DNA of 64,000 nucleotides from an uncultured Bacilli bacterium (GTDB lineage Bacteria; Bacillota_I; Bacilli_A; RF39; UBA660), in the NCBI GenBank assembly GCA_944363595.1, contig CALVUN010000010.1:6852-70851 (forward strand), written 5' to 3'. The translations under genes and the position numbers were made by a program. This document shows, piece by piece, positions 55,025-64,000 of this stretch. The notes beneath the pieces are model-generated. The model was not told the origin of the DNA. It made no database searches and saw only the letters and a list, made by a program, of their open reading frames with translations. Position 1 is the stretch's first letter. Each line of letters opens with the position of its first letter.

Positions 55025-55762
55025 GTGAAATTATTTTTTAAGAAAAAAATAATTGAAACAAGTGCAATATTAACATTGTTTCTTGTTATCATTTATTTAG
55101 TAAGTTTTCTTGACTTAAATGTTTTAACACTTAAAGTAAATAAAGAACATTATGTTGCTTTAGATTTAAACGTTCAAGAGACTGAAGACTTAAAAGTACT
55201 TGTAACAAATCGTCATTATACAAGTCCAAACTTAACGGCTATACCATTAAGTTTAGAAATTGAAGTACCTAAAGAAGAAGAAAACAAAGAGAAAATAGAA
55301 GAGGAAGTTGTAGCAGAAGAAACACCACAAGAATCAGCACCAGCTGTTGTGGAAGAAACTCCACCAGAACCAGAACCAGCACCAGTTACTGATACAACTA
55401 ATTATGATTTAGGCAATCAAATTGTCCAATATGCCAAACAATTCGTGGGAAACCCATATGTCTATGGTGGTACTAGTTTAACCAATGGTGCCGACTGTTC
55501 TGGATTTACAATGAGTGTTTTTGCTCATTTTGGTATTTCCATTGCTAGATCATCATATGACCAAATAAATTCTGGTTATCAAGTATCTATAGCTAATATA
55601 GCTCCAGGTGATCTTGTTCTATCAGGTTATGATGGTGTTATTTCCCATTCATCAATGTATATTGGTAACAATCAAATTATTCATTCATTAAATGAAGATG
55701 TAGGAATTGTTATTACCGATTTGTATATTATGCCTATAATTGCAGTAGTGCGCGTTATTTAA
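55025..55762 (+). CDS. NlpC/P60-family peptidoglycan endopeptidase (GTG start)
   Basis: N-terminal transmembrane anchor, a Glu/Pro-rich linker, and a C-terminal NlpC/P60 domain (YVYGGTSLTNGADCSGFT ... H). Confidence 0.8.
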   Translation: MKLFFKKKIIETSAILTLFLVIIYLVSFLDLNVLTLKVNKEHYVALDLNVQETEDLKVLVTNRHYTSPNLTAIPLSLEIEVPKEEENKEKIEEEVVAEETPQESAPAVVEETPPEPEPAPVTDTTNYDLGNQIVQYAKQFVGNPYVYGGTSLTNGADCSGFTMSVFAHFGISIARSSYDQINSGYQVSIANIAPGDLVLSGYDGVISHSSMYIGNNQIIHSLNEDVGIVITDLYIMPIIAVVRVI

Positions 55763-55895
55763 AATTGTTACAACAGGCGCGTTATTTAAAATTGTTACTA
55801 TAGCTTGCTAAAATAAAATAATTATAGTATACTTTATTAAGAAAGTATCACAAAGCTATAGTAACAATTTTCTTTTTCAAAAGGGGGGAATAAAA

Positions 55896-56396
55896 ATGAA
55901 TAAAGATATACAAACATTAAATAATATCAATAAAATTCAAGATGAACTAATATTTTTATCACAGTTATCTCAAAAAATTCAAGAAGATCATCAACAACAT
56001 ATAGAAATAAAAAGAAAAATTATTAATTCATCAATTCAAGATTTACACGAAAAACTACAAGAAGAAAAAGCCAGTCACTCTCACCAATTACTACTATATT
56101 TAGGTCGCAAAGAAAAAAAACAATATTATATATGCCCAATATGCGAAGAAGTAATTATAAGAAATCAAAAAATAAAAAATAAATATATTATTGATATTTC
56201 ATCATACATAGACAATATAGATGATGAAATGACAAATCATAACATTGTCAAATTAATTATCTCACATGTAAGAAATACCATTCAAAGATACAATAAGTTA
56301 TTTACTAAAGTAATTATTGAAGAAGTATATAAATATTTACAAAACCAAATAGATAATCAAAGCCTAATCATCCGTGCCAAAAAACATCGTAAATAG
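55896..56396 (+). CDS. hypothetical protein
   Basis: 166-aa ORF whose ribosome-binding site contains a G6 run. A single CPICEE motif. No family recognised. Confidence 0.45.
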   Translation: MNKDIQTLNNINKIQDELIFLSQLSQKIQEDHQQHIEIKRKIINSSIQDLHEKLQEEKASHSHQLLLYLGRKEKKQYYICPICEEVIIRNQKIKNKYIIDISSYIDNIDDEMTNHNIVKLIISHVRNTIQRYNKLFTKVIIEEVYKYLQNQIDNQSLIIRAKKHRK

Positions 56397-56425
56397 TTGA
56401 CAACTGTCATAAAATATATTATAAT
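56397..56425 (+). promoter_or_regulatory. consensus sigmaA promoter TTGACA-17-TATAAT driving a T-box leader
   Basis: Perfect -35 and -10 hexamers with 17-nt spacing, immediately after the stop codon at 56394-56396. Confidence 0.6.
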
Positions 56426-56429
56426 TAAC

Positions 56430-56648
56430 ACGTATTTTAAAGCAAATGAAAGAGACGATATAATAAGTTTTCTTAATAGAGAGTTCATGTATGGTGGAAA
56501 TGGACAAGAAAGTATTATATAGATCACTCTGGATGTTCTTATCTGATATTAGGATAAGACGGTAGTAATACCGTTATTAAATTAAGTAATAAGGTAGGAT
56601 GGTACCGCGTCAGAAACGCTCCTAAATAGGAGTGTTTTTTTTCATTTA
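56430..56648 (+). promoter_or_regulatory. T-box riboswitch leader (probable Ile specifier AUC) with intrinsic terminator
   Basis: Stem I elements (GA/K-turn region, AGAGAG box at about 56476). Candidate specifier AUC-A at about 56523. T-box sequence AAGGTAGGATGGTACCGCG at 56591-56609. Terminator ACGCTCCTaaatAGGAGTGT followed by T8 at 56614-56648. Confidence 0.6.
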
Positions 56649-56882
56649 AAATATAAATTTATTTTTTCTCCAAAAAAATATTGACAAACATATGTTTGTG
56701 TGTTATTGTTTTGTCATGGGAAAAGATAATATTTAATGTAAAAAATCAATTCAAAATATTTACAAGAACCATTTTATATAAGCATATAAATAATTTTTTC
56801 AAAACAATCATATAAAATAAAAGATAGTGCTAAGACTTTTTAATAAAAATTTAATAAAACAAAGATACAAAGGAGAAAAGAA

Positions 56883-57722
56883 ATGAATAAAAATATAATT
56901 TCACTTTTAAGTTTTATAGAATTAAATTATCAAAATGCAATAAATAATGTCATTGAACAAAAATTAAGACCTATTATTGAAAAAATAGATAAAGAGTTTT
57001 ATAAAGACAATGTAACTATCAGTAAAATAATTAATTATTATAGTAAAAAATCAATTACTATATGTGTTGTTTTACAAAAAAATGAAAAAAAATATCAAAA
57101 CTATAATTTACAATTAACCAGTAATGGCTTAGCATATCAAGACGATAATCATCGACGAAAAAATAATGACTTAAATAAAGAAAATTATTTTAATAATATA
57201 TATATAGAATTAATAAATAGTTCTAATATACATGTTTATATATCTGGTTATCAAGCAATTATCAATTTAGGTAAAATAAATATTACATATGATTTAATAA
57301 AACAAGAAATTATTCAAGTAAAGCCTAATATTATTTCCCATGATAGTGGTATTAAGCTTTTAAAAGATACCCTTATTATTGATGGTAAAGTAATATATGA
57401 AGAACATTACCAAGAACAAGTATTATCAAAAAAAATATATGAAGCAACTACATCAGATGAAAAAGTTAGGTACAAATTAAATTATAGACATCCTAATGTT
57501 CATCAAATAGAACCTGGTATAGCTAAAATAGAATTAGGAGAAGCTACAGTTATTTATGATAATATTAATAGAAGAATAAAACAAATTATTCCTAATATTG
57601 TTTCAGAAGAAAGTTGTTTTATTGAAATGATAAAAAAATCGATGATAAAAGTTCGTTATTATCATGAAGAAAATGAAGAAAAAATAAATTATCAAGAATA
57701 TAAAAGAAGGAGAGTTAGATAA
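56883..57722 (+). CDS. hypothetical protein, translationally coupled to ileS
   Basis: 279-aa ORF with a good ribosome-binding site. Its stop lies 1 nt before the ileS ATG. No family recognised. Confidence 0.5.
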   Translation: MNKNIISLLSFIELNYQNAINNVIEQKLRPIIEKIDKEFYKDNVTISKIINYYSKKSITICVVLQKNEKKYQNYNLQLTSNGLAYQDDNHRRKNNDLNKENYFNNIYIELINSSNIHVYISGYQAIINLGKINITYDLIKQEIIQVKPNIISHDSGIKLLKDTLIIDGKVIYEEHYQEQVLSKKIYEATTSDEKVRYKLNYRHPNVHQIEPGIAKIELGEATVIYDNINRRIKQIIPNIVSEESCFIEMIKKSMIKVRYYHEENEEKINYQEYKRRRVR

Positions 57723-57723
57723 C

Positions 57724-60432
57724 ATGAATTATAAAGAAACATTATTAATGCCAGAAACAAGTTTTCCTATGCGTGGAAATTTACCTGAAAATGAAAAAAT
57801 TAAAAGAGCAGAATGGGAAAAAATGGATTTATATAATAAAGTAAAAGAAAAGAATAAAGGAAGAAAGCCATTCATTTTACATGATGGTCCGCCATATGCC
57901 AATGGCGAGATTCATATTGGACATGCTATGAATAAAATTTTAAAAGACTTTGTTAACCGCTATAAAATGATGAGTGGATATGATATTACATATATACCTG
58001 GATGGGATACACATGGCTTACCAATTGAACAAGCCGTAACCAATAGCGGTATTGACCGTAAATCAATGAGTAAAAGTGCTTTTCGTGAATTGTGTGATAA
58101 ATATGCTCATGAACAAGTCGCTAAACAAATGGCAGGTTTTAAAACATTAAATGTACTTGCCGATTGGGAACACCCATATTTAACATTAGATAAAGAATTA
58201 GAAGCACGTCAAATTGAAGTATTTGCAGAAATGGCAAAAGCTGGTTTAATTTTTAAAGGCTTAAAACCCGTTTATTGGTCACCATCTAGTGAATCAGCCT
58301 TAGCGGAAGCCGAAATTGAATATAAAGACCGAAAAGATCCATCAATTTTTGTAGCTTTTACTGTTGTTCAAGGTAATGACAAAATCAAAGAAGGCGAAAA
58401 ATTAGTTATTTGGACAACCACACCTTGGACTCTTCCAGGCAATTTAGGAATAGCAGTCGGTGAAAAATTTGAATATGCTAAAGTTAAAGTCAATGATGAA
58501 ATTTATATTGTTGCAAACGATTTAGTTTCTAGTTTAAGTAAAGAATTTGGCTGGGAAAACTATGAAATAAAAGAAGTCGTCGCAGGTACAGATTTTAATA
58601 ATGTTAAATACAAACATGTTTTTATGGATCGCGTTTCACCTGTTGTTATAGGTTACCACGTAACTTTAGATGCAGGTACAGGTTTAGTTCATATTGCCCC
58701 AGGTTATGGTGCTGATGACTTTATTATTGGAAAACAATATAATTTAGGTCTTATAAATGGTGTTAACGACCAAGGTGTTTTAACAGAAGAATCTGGTGAA
58801 TTTGAAGGATTATTTTTTGAAGATGCAAATAAGGCTGTCGTTCAAAAATTAGATGATTTAAAAGTATTATTAAAGCTAAAATTTATTACTCACTCATACC
58901 CTCATGATTGGCGAACTAAAAAACCAATTATCTTTAGAGCAACACCACAATGGTTCTGTAGTATTGAGCCAATAAAAGAAAAAATATTAAATGAAATTGA
59001 AAACAATATTGTTTTCCATACACCATGGGGTAAGAAAAGATTGTACAATATGATTAAGGATCGTGGTGATTGGTGTATTTCAAGACAACGTGTTTGGGGT
59101 GTCCCAATTCCTATCTTCTATAATGAAGATGGAAGTGAAATAATGGATTATGATGTTATGATGCATGTTGCAGAATTATTCCGTAAATATGGATCTAATA
59201 TCTGGTTTGAAAAAGAAGCCAAAGATCTATTACCAGAAGGTTATACCAATGAAGCATCTCCTAATGGTAAATTTACTAAGGAAGAAGATATTATGGATGT
59301 ATGGTTTGATTCAGGATCAACTCATACTGGCGTTCTAATTGCAAGAGGATTAGATTATCCTGCTGATTTATATTTAGAAGGATCAGATCAATATCGTGGC
59401 TGGTTTAACTCCTCATTAATTACAGGAGTGGCCATTTATGGTAAAGCGCCATATAAACAATTAGTATCTCATGGATTTACTTTAGATGGTAATGGAAATA
59501 AAATGTCCAAAAGCTTAGGAAATACTATTGACCCCGCAGATGTTATTCGTCTTCATGGATCAGATATATTAAGATTATGGGTATGTTCTGTTGATTACAC
59601 TGAAGATGTTAAAATAAGTAATGAATTAATTAATCAAGTAAAAGAAAGCTATCGAAAAATAAGAAATACATATCGCTTTATGTTAGGAAATCTTAAAGAT
59701 TTTGATCCAGATAAAGATAGTGTAAATTATGAAAATATGCCATATTATGATAAGTATCTCATGATAAAATTGCAAAAATTTACCAACGAAGTTTTAAAAA
59801 ACTACGAAGAATATACTTTCCAAGAAATATATAAACAAGTAAATAATTTTATTTCATTTACTTTATCAAATTTCTATTTAGATTTCACTAAAGATATTCT
59901 CTATATAGAAAGAAAAAATGCACCAACAAGACGAAGTGTACAAACTGTATTATATAACATAATTAATAATTTAGCTAAATTACTTGCACCAATCTTACCA
60001 TATACAAGTGAAGAAGTGTATAAATTATTGCCTCATCATGAAGAAAGTATACATTTAACAGATATGCCTAAAGTAATAACATATAAAGATGAAGAAGAAA
60101 TAATGGGCTTATTTGAATTATTCTTTGAACTAGAAGAAAAAGTTAATAAAGAACTAGAAAATGCAAGAAATAATAAAGAAATAGGTTCAAGCCTTGAAGC
60201 AGAAGTACATATTAAGCTAGAAGAAAAATATCAAATCGTTAAAGAAAAATTAGGACCATATCTTCATCAATTGTTTATAGTATCAAAAGTTGTATACGAT
60301 GATAAAGCTGATGGTATTCAAGTAATTAAAAGTAATGGACATAAATGTGCTCGTTGTTGGAACTATGTTGATACATTAGAAGACGATATATGTCCAAGAT
60401 GTCACAGTATAATAAATAAACCTATGAATTAA
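57724..60432 (+). CDS. ileS: isoleucyl-tRNA synthetase
   Basis: HIGH motif (PYANGEIHIGHAMN), KMSKS motif (NKMSKSLGN), the CP1 editing domain, and a C-terminal Zn-finger (CARCWNY...CPRCHS). Confidence 0.95.
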   Translation: MNYKETLLMPETSFPMRGNLPENEKIKRAEWEKMDLYNKVKEKNKGRKPFILHDGPPYANGEIHIGHAMNKILKDFVNRYKMMSGYDITYIPGWDTHGLPIEQAVTNSGIDRKSMSKSAFRELCDKYAHEQVAKQMAGFKTLNVLADWEHPYLTLDKELEARQIEVFAEMAKAGLIFKGLKPVYWSPSSESALAEAEIEYKDRKDPSIFVAFTVVQGNDKIKEGEKLVIWTTTPWTLPGNLGIAVGEKFEYAKVKVNDEIYIVANDLVSSLSKEFGWENYEIKEVVAGTDFNNVKYKHVFMDRVSPVVIGYHVTLDAGTGLVHIAPGYGADDFIIGKQYNLGLINGVNDQGVLTEESGEFEGLFFEDANKAVVQKLDDLKVLLKLKFITHSYPHDWRTKKPIIFRATPQWFCSIEPIKEKILNEIENNIVFHTPWGKKRLYNMIKDRGDWCISRQRVWGVPIPIFYNEDGSEIMDYDVMMHVAELFRKYGSNIWFEKEAKDLLPEGYTNEASPNGKFTKEEDIMDVWFDSGSTHTGVLIARGLDYPADLYLEGSDQYRGWFNSSLITGVAIYGKAPYKQLVSHGFTLDGNGNKMSKSLGNTIDPADVIRLHGSDILRLWVCSVDYTEDVKISNELINQVKESYRKIRNTYRFMLGNLKDFDPDKDSVNYENMPYYDKYLMIKLQKFTNEVLKNYEEYTFQEIYKQVNNFISFTLSNFYLDFTKDILYIERKNAPTRRSVQTVLYNIINNLAKLLAPILPYTSEEVYKLLPHHEESIHLTDMPKVITYKDEEEIMGLFELFFELEEKVNKELENARNNKEIGSSLEAEVHIKLEEKYQIVKEKLGPYLHQLFIVSKVVYDDKADGIQVIKSNGHKCARCWNYVDTLEDDICPRCHSIINKPMN

Positions 60433-61361
60433 TTCATAGGTTTTCTCATTCTTTCAAACTTATTTTCTTTATTACAATATCCTAGATATTGATATAAAAA
60501 ATATAATTTTTCTCTATCATTATTAAAAATCAAATTAGCAAGTTCTAAAGCATTATCATCACAACTATTCATAAAATCTTCATTAATAATTTTATAATTA
60601 ATAAAATCATTATCAAAATTATTGCTTTTAGCATAGTTAATTAATTTAACAATAAAATTAACGTTATTTTGCCAAATGAAAGGTTCAAGAGTACCATTTG
60701 GGTATCTAAATTCTATAGTATTATCAAATAAAAACGTATCATATTTCATTTTATTAAAATTAATACCATATGCGCCATTACTAAAAGCTCGTGCCAATTT
60801 TGTAACTAACGAATAATAATCACATGTATCGTCAATCTCCCAAATCATATCTTTTAATATCAATTTCAATTTTTTAGCATTATCACCAATTATACTTCTA
60901 GCATTTCTTCCAGCATATCCCATTTTGTAAATTATATCTTCATACACCAACCAAATTTTTAATAAATTAGTTAAATATTTTGCATTACCCATAAAAATTT
61001 GCGAACCAATATTAATGTGCCCACCAGATAAATCACCACAATAAGCACCTAATTCTTTTAATTTATCACAAACTATTTTTAGTTCTTTCCATGACGTAAC
61101 TTCATCAATTTCATCCATACATATAGGTGAGTTACACTCACCACCATGAATCACACCAGCATGTCCCTGAAAAGGATCGACAGTTTGTTCAAAAACTACT
61201 CTCCATCCTTCATCAATTGGTAATTTAAAAATTTCATCTACTGCTATATCTAATAATAATTTTTCAAATTCAATTTCTAAGCCAAATGTTACATTATTAT
61301 CAAGATGTAATGATTCAAGATAATGTGGTGTAAAAAATTTAACTTCTTTTAATAAATTCAT
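60429..61361 (-). CDS. putative amidoligase / carboxylate-amine ligase (glutamine-synthetase-like fold, GCS2/amidoligase_2-like)
   Basis: FGLEIEFE near the N-terminus, GGHINIG (compare GxHVHVG), and TIEFRYPNGTLE (a conserved Glu...Arg motif) resemble GS-fold amidoligases. Confidence 0.4.
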   Translation of the reverse strand: MNLLKEVKFFTPHYLESLHLDNNVTFGLEIEFEKLLLDIAVDEIFKLPIDEGWRVVFEQTVDPFQGHAGVIHGGECNSPICMDEIDEVTSWKELKIVCDKLKELGAYCGDLSGGHINIGSQIFMGNAKYLTNLLKIWLVYEDIIYKMGYAGRNARSIIGDNAKKLKLILKDMIWEIDDTCDYYSLVTKLARAFSNGAYGINFNKMKYDTFLFDNTIEFRYPNGTLEPFIWQNNVNFIVKLINYAKSNNFDNDFINYKIINEDFMNSCDDNALELANLIFNNDREKLYFLYQYLGYCNKENKFERMRKPMN

Positions 61362-61425
61362 TTTAAAATCCCCCTTTTAAAAACTATTATATAATACCAC
61401 CTTATACTTCAAATGTCAAAAAAAG

Positions 61426-61866
61426 TTAATATTTCCTTCTTAATTTCAGATCTTTAGTTAATTCTCTAAGTATATTTTCACCAAGTCTAAAATTATAATC
61501 ATTAGCCAATTCATAGTCTAAATTATTATCTATTAAGTAAAAACATTTATCATTTGAATCAAAGCAAAAAACCTTTTCTTTACTAGCATAGAGTCTAACT
61601 AACGTATGACTTTCATTTGTTATAATTACATCACCAATTATTTCCGCTTGACATATCCAATTACCAATTGAAGTAAAATTATTTATAAAATTAATTATAT
61701 CACAATACCAAAATTCCTTTTTGTCCTTTGTAAAGACAAGTAGAGCAACTTTATCTTCAAAAATACCAATAAACTGAAAGAAAGCATAAGAATAATCACT
61801 TATATTATTAATATATTTATTATCATTTAAAACAAATATATCCATCATTACAAAAATATTATTCAT
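61426..61866 (-). CDS. hypothetical protein
   Basis: Start placed at MNNIFVMMD after an AGAAGG ribosome-binding site. Confidence 0.4.
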   Translation of the reverse strand: MNNIFVMMDIFVLNDNKYINNISDYSYAFFQFIGIFEDKVALLVFTKDKKEFWYCDIINFINNFTSIGNWICQAEIIGDVIITNESHTLVRLYASKEKVFCFDSNDKCFYLIDNNLDYELANDYNFRLGENILRELTKDLKLRRKY

Positions 61867-61978
61867 AAGATCAAACCTTCTTTCATTTATCAAATATTTT
61901 ATCAAAAAAAAAGATAATAAGCAATTAAAAGTAAGCAATATAATAACATTTTGGTTAACATTGCTTACTTAATTTTAA

Positions 61979-62845
61979 TTATTTATAAAGTTCTTTGTTT
62001 AAAAGTTCAATATTACTATTCATCACTGTTAAATAATTTTCATTAGAATTAGTAATTCCACCATCAATACTATCCATGGCATTAATAGTAATAAGCTCAA
62101 TATCATATTCATCTAGTAAACTATTAACAGTTTCATTGCTTTCCGTATCAATAGAGTAAATATATTTAATATTACCATCACTAATTAACTTTTTAACTTC
62201 TTCAACAGTAGGGGCCAAAATTTCTTCACTATCATCAAGTGATAATACCGTTAAATTATATTTTTCTAAAAACTTAAATAACTTATTATCTGTAACAATT
62301 GTTTTATAACTAGCATTATTAATTGTTTCTTTTAAAGTAGCATCTAATTTAGATAAATTATATTGTAAGTCATCGTAATTAGCATCGATTTCTTCTAACA
62401 AATAAGGATTAGTAATATATTGATTAAGGCCTGTTTTAAGATTTTGTGCCATCATTAAATAATTATAAGGATTTAACCATAATTCTTCAACTCCATTAGT
62501 ATAATTCATTCCCAAAGAAACATCAATAACTTTTAAATCAGGATTTTTATTAATCATATCGACAGCATAATCTCTATCCTTATCTAAACTATTAAAAACA
62601 AATAAATCACTATTACTATATTCTGTAAGTCTTTTATCCGATAGCTCATAAGTATCAATATCAACACCACCAGGATAAATACTATATATTTTAGCATTAT
62701 CACTATATAAACAATTAACTAAATAATTGATTGGATAAATTGTTGTATAAATATCAATATCTTCCATAGTATCTCGCTTAAAAAAACATCCACTTAACAT
62801 TAGTAAACAACAACCCAAAACCAACAAACATCTAAATTTCTTCAT
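61979..62845 (-). CDS. lipoprotein with a TroA/ZnuA-like solute-binding fold (metal-binding His residues apparently lost)
   Basis: Lipobox LMLSGC. The ...[10 protein letters not shown]...DLFVFNSLD...WLNPYNYL pattern parallels ZnuA-like ...TTIYPLADIV...DLFVYNG...DPHVWLDP, but without the His residues. Confidence 0.4.
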   Translation of the reverse strand: MKKFRCLLVLGCCLLMLSGCFFKRDTMEDIDIYTTIYPINYLVNCLYSDNAKIYSIYPGGVDIDTYELSDKRLTEYSNSDLFVFNSLDKDRDYAVDMINKNPDLKVIDVSLGMNYTNGVEELWLNPYNYLMMAQNLKTGLNQYITNPYLLEEIDANYDDLQYNLSKLDATLKETINNASYKTIVTDNKLFKFLEKYNLTVLSLDDSEEILAPTVEEVKKLISDGNIKYIYSIDTESNETVNSLLDEYDIELITINAMDSIDGGITNSNENYLTVMNSNIELLNKELYK

Positions 62846-63080
62846 TCTTTTTCTCCTTTTTCTTAATCGGTACAGGATCATAACCACCTTTACTAAAAGG
62901 GTTACACCTCATAATTCTTTTTATAGTAAGAAAGCACCCATGAATACTTCCAAATCTTTGAATTGCCTCGATTGCATAATTAGAACAAGTTGGAATATAT
63001 TTACAATTATAATGAAAATTACCAGGTGTTTTCTGATATAATCTAATGACTTTTACTAAAATATTTTTCATTTTAATCAC
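62832..63080 (-). CDS. yidD: membrane protein insertion efficiency factor YidD
   Basis: [30 protein letters not shown] matches the YidD signature. Confidence 0.85.
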   Translation of the reverse strand: MIKMKNILVKVIRLYQKTPGNFHYNCKYIPTCSNYAIEAIQRFGSIHGCFLTIKRIMRCNPFSKGGYDPVPIKKKEKKNEEI

Positions 63081-63142
63081 ACTTAATATTTTACAGTATT
63101 TTTTTTAATTTGTAAATTAGATTAATAGAATATTTAAAAAAG

Positions 63143-63171
63143 TTGAAGAAAGATGTAAAAAATGCTATAAT
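63143..63171 (+). promoter_or_regulatory. sigmaA promoter TTGAAG-17-TGcTATAAT for rnc
   Basis: Read directly from the sequence. Confidence 0.45.
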
Positions 63172-63196
63172 AAACAAAGAAAAGAGGTAATACTAC

Positions 63197-63853
63197 ATGA
63201 AGGTACTGAAAAAATTTGATTTTAATCCTGTAAATATGAATTTATATTATGCAGCATTTACTCATACATCATATACCAATGAATACCCATCAGCGGAAAA
63301 TTATGAACGACTAGAATTTCTAGGCGATGCAGTTTTAGAGTTAATAATTAGCGAATATTTATATAAAGAAAGGCACTTAGAAGAAGGTGTTATGACTAAA
63401 ATGCGTTCAAGTTATGTTTGTGAAAATGCTTGCGCTACCTATGCAAAAGATTTAAACTTTCCTAACTATATTCGCCTTGGTAGTGGGGAGCCAGAAGCCA
63501 ATAATACCATTCAAGCAGATGTTTTTGAAGCTTTTGTGGCCGCGGTATATTTAGATCAAGGCTATGAATGTATAAAAAAAATCGTTTTAGATGAAATAAC
63601 AAAATATATCGATCAAAATATTGATTTCTTACATGACTATAAATCTCAATTACAAGAATTAGTACAAACAGTAAAAAAAAGTGTTATTTACGAAATTATC
63701 GATGAAAAAGGTCCGTCTCATAATAAAGAATTTACATGCCAAGTTAAAGTTGATAACATCATCTATGGTAAAGGAAAGGGAAGAAGTAAAAAAGATGCTG
63801 AACAAGAAGCAGCCCGTGTTGCTCTATCCAAAAGAGCTAAATTAATAAAGTAA
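63197..63853 (+). CDS. rnc: ribonuclease III
   Basis: RNase III signature ERLEFLGDAVLELIISEYLY, plus a C-terminal dsRBD (GPSHNKEFTCQVKVDNIIYGKGKGRSKKDAEQEAA). Confidence 0.92.
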   Translation: MKVLKKFDFNPVNMNLYYAAFTHTSYTNEYPSAENYERLEFLGDAVLELIISEYLYKERHLEEGVMTKMRSSYVCENACATYAKDLNFPNYIRLGSGEPEANNTIQADVFEAFVAAVYLDQGYECIKKIVLDEITKYIDQNIDFLHDYKSQLQELVQTVKKSVIYEIIDEKGPSHNKEFTCQVKVDNIIYGKGKGRSKKDAEQEAARVALSKRAKLIK

Positions 63854-64000
63854 CATGCTTAGTCATGTTATTTTATTAACAAAAAATATACTAAATTAAA
63901 CTATAAGTTAAAAAAGTAAATTAACTAAAGTAAATATCATAACTAAAAATAACTTTCTTATAACCATTCCATTACAAAAATAAAAAAATTGTCTAAAATG

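Noticed and set aside
120-63080. Numerous 60-190-aa minus-strand ORFs from the track that overlap well-supported + strand genes (for example 120-329, 1898-2230, 4602-4805, 10395-10766, 41328-41897, 53277-53684)
   Set aside because: They are antisense to conserved genes (alaS, obg, sigA, ileS and others). They lack ribosome-binding sites, and their codon composition is the mirror of the real genes. These are spurious.
1-64000. CRISPR arrays, integrases, transposases, prophage blocks
   Set aside because: I scanned for regularly spaced direct repeats and for recombinase or transposase-like ORFs and found none. The only direct repeats found are the 27-bp duplication at 55750 and the hexanucleotide tract at 45001.

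Overview
This is a 64 kb stretch of a very AT-rich (about 27% GC, estimated by eye) Firmicutes chromosome that uses the standard genetic code (TGA is a stop). Almost every gene lies on the + strand. Gene content and local synteny (dnaG-sigA-trmK, nfeD-floA, yqfQ, murG-murB-divIB ... sepF-divIVA-ileS) resemble Bacilli, so an Erysipelotrichia-like or low-GC Bacilli-like spore-former is my inference.

Housekeeping genes present include alaS, fmt, obg, def, a dacA-like carboxypeptidase, a type IIA topoisomerase B subunit (most likely parE), scpAB, pdp, queA, dnaG, sigA, trmK, murG, murB, ftsQ, sepF, divIVA, ileS (behind a T-box leader), rnc, yidD and a tRNA-Arg(UCU).

There is a strong endospore signature: cotE, gerE, a gerM-like gene, a spoIIIAH-like gene, spoIIGA-sigE, a yqfQ/VrrA-like gene, a yjcZ-like micro-protein and a DUF421/YetF gene, with sigmaK-like promoters ahead of gerE and cotE.

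The most notable accessory content:
- A complete, unannotated two-peptide (class IIb-like) double-glycine-leader bacteriocin locus: C39-peptidase ABC exporter, a short accessory protein, two overlapping 56-aa GG-leader peptides that the ORF track misses, and a 46-aa immunity-like membrane peptide.
- A family of about 170-nt intergenic micro-transcription units in three copies (two intact, one decayed). Each has its own promoter, a ribosome-binding site, a 17-18 codon hydrophobic ORF (MPKLNYSLLTTTILGMV / MDKVNYNKLTTMILGGGV) and a conserved terminator hairpin. One copy carries a G10 homopolymer inside the ORF.
- An orphan 12-codon peptide unit upstream of a CPBP/Abi intramembrane protease.
- A T-box leader separated from ileS by an unknown 279-aa gene.
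- Recurrent operator-like palindromes (TTGACAAACATATGT; TGACA-N5-TGTCA).
- Homopolymeric C8/G7/G6 tracts at functionally sensitive positions (inside spoIIGA and in two ribosome-binding sites).

I found no CRISPR array, integrase or transposase.
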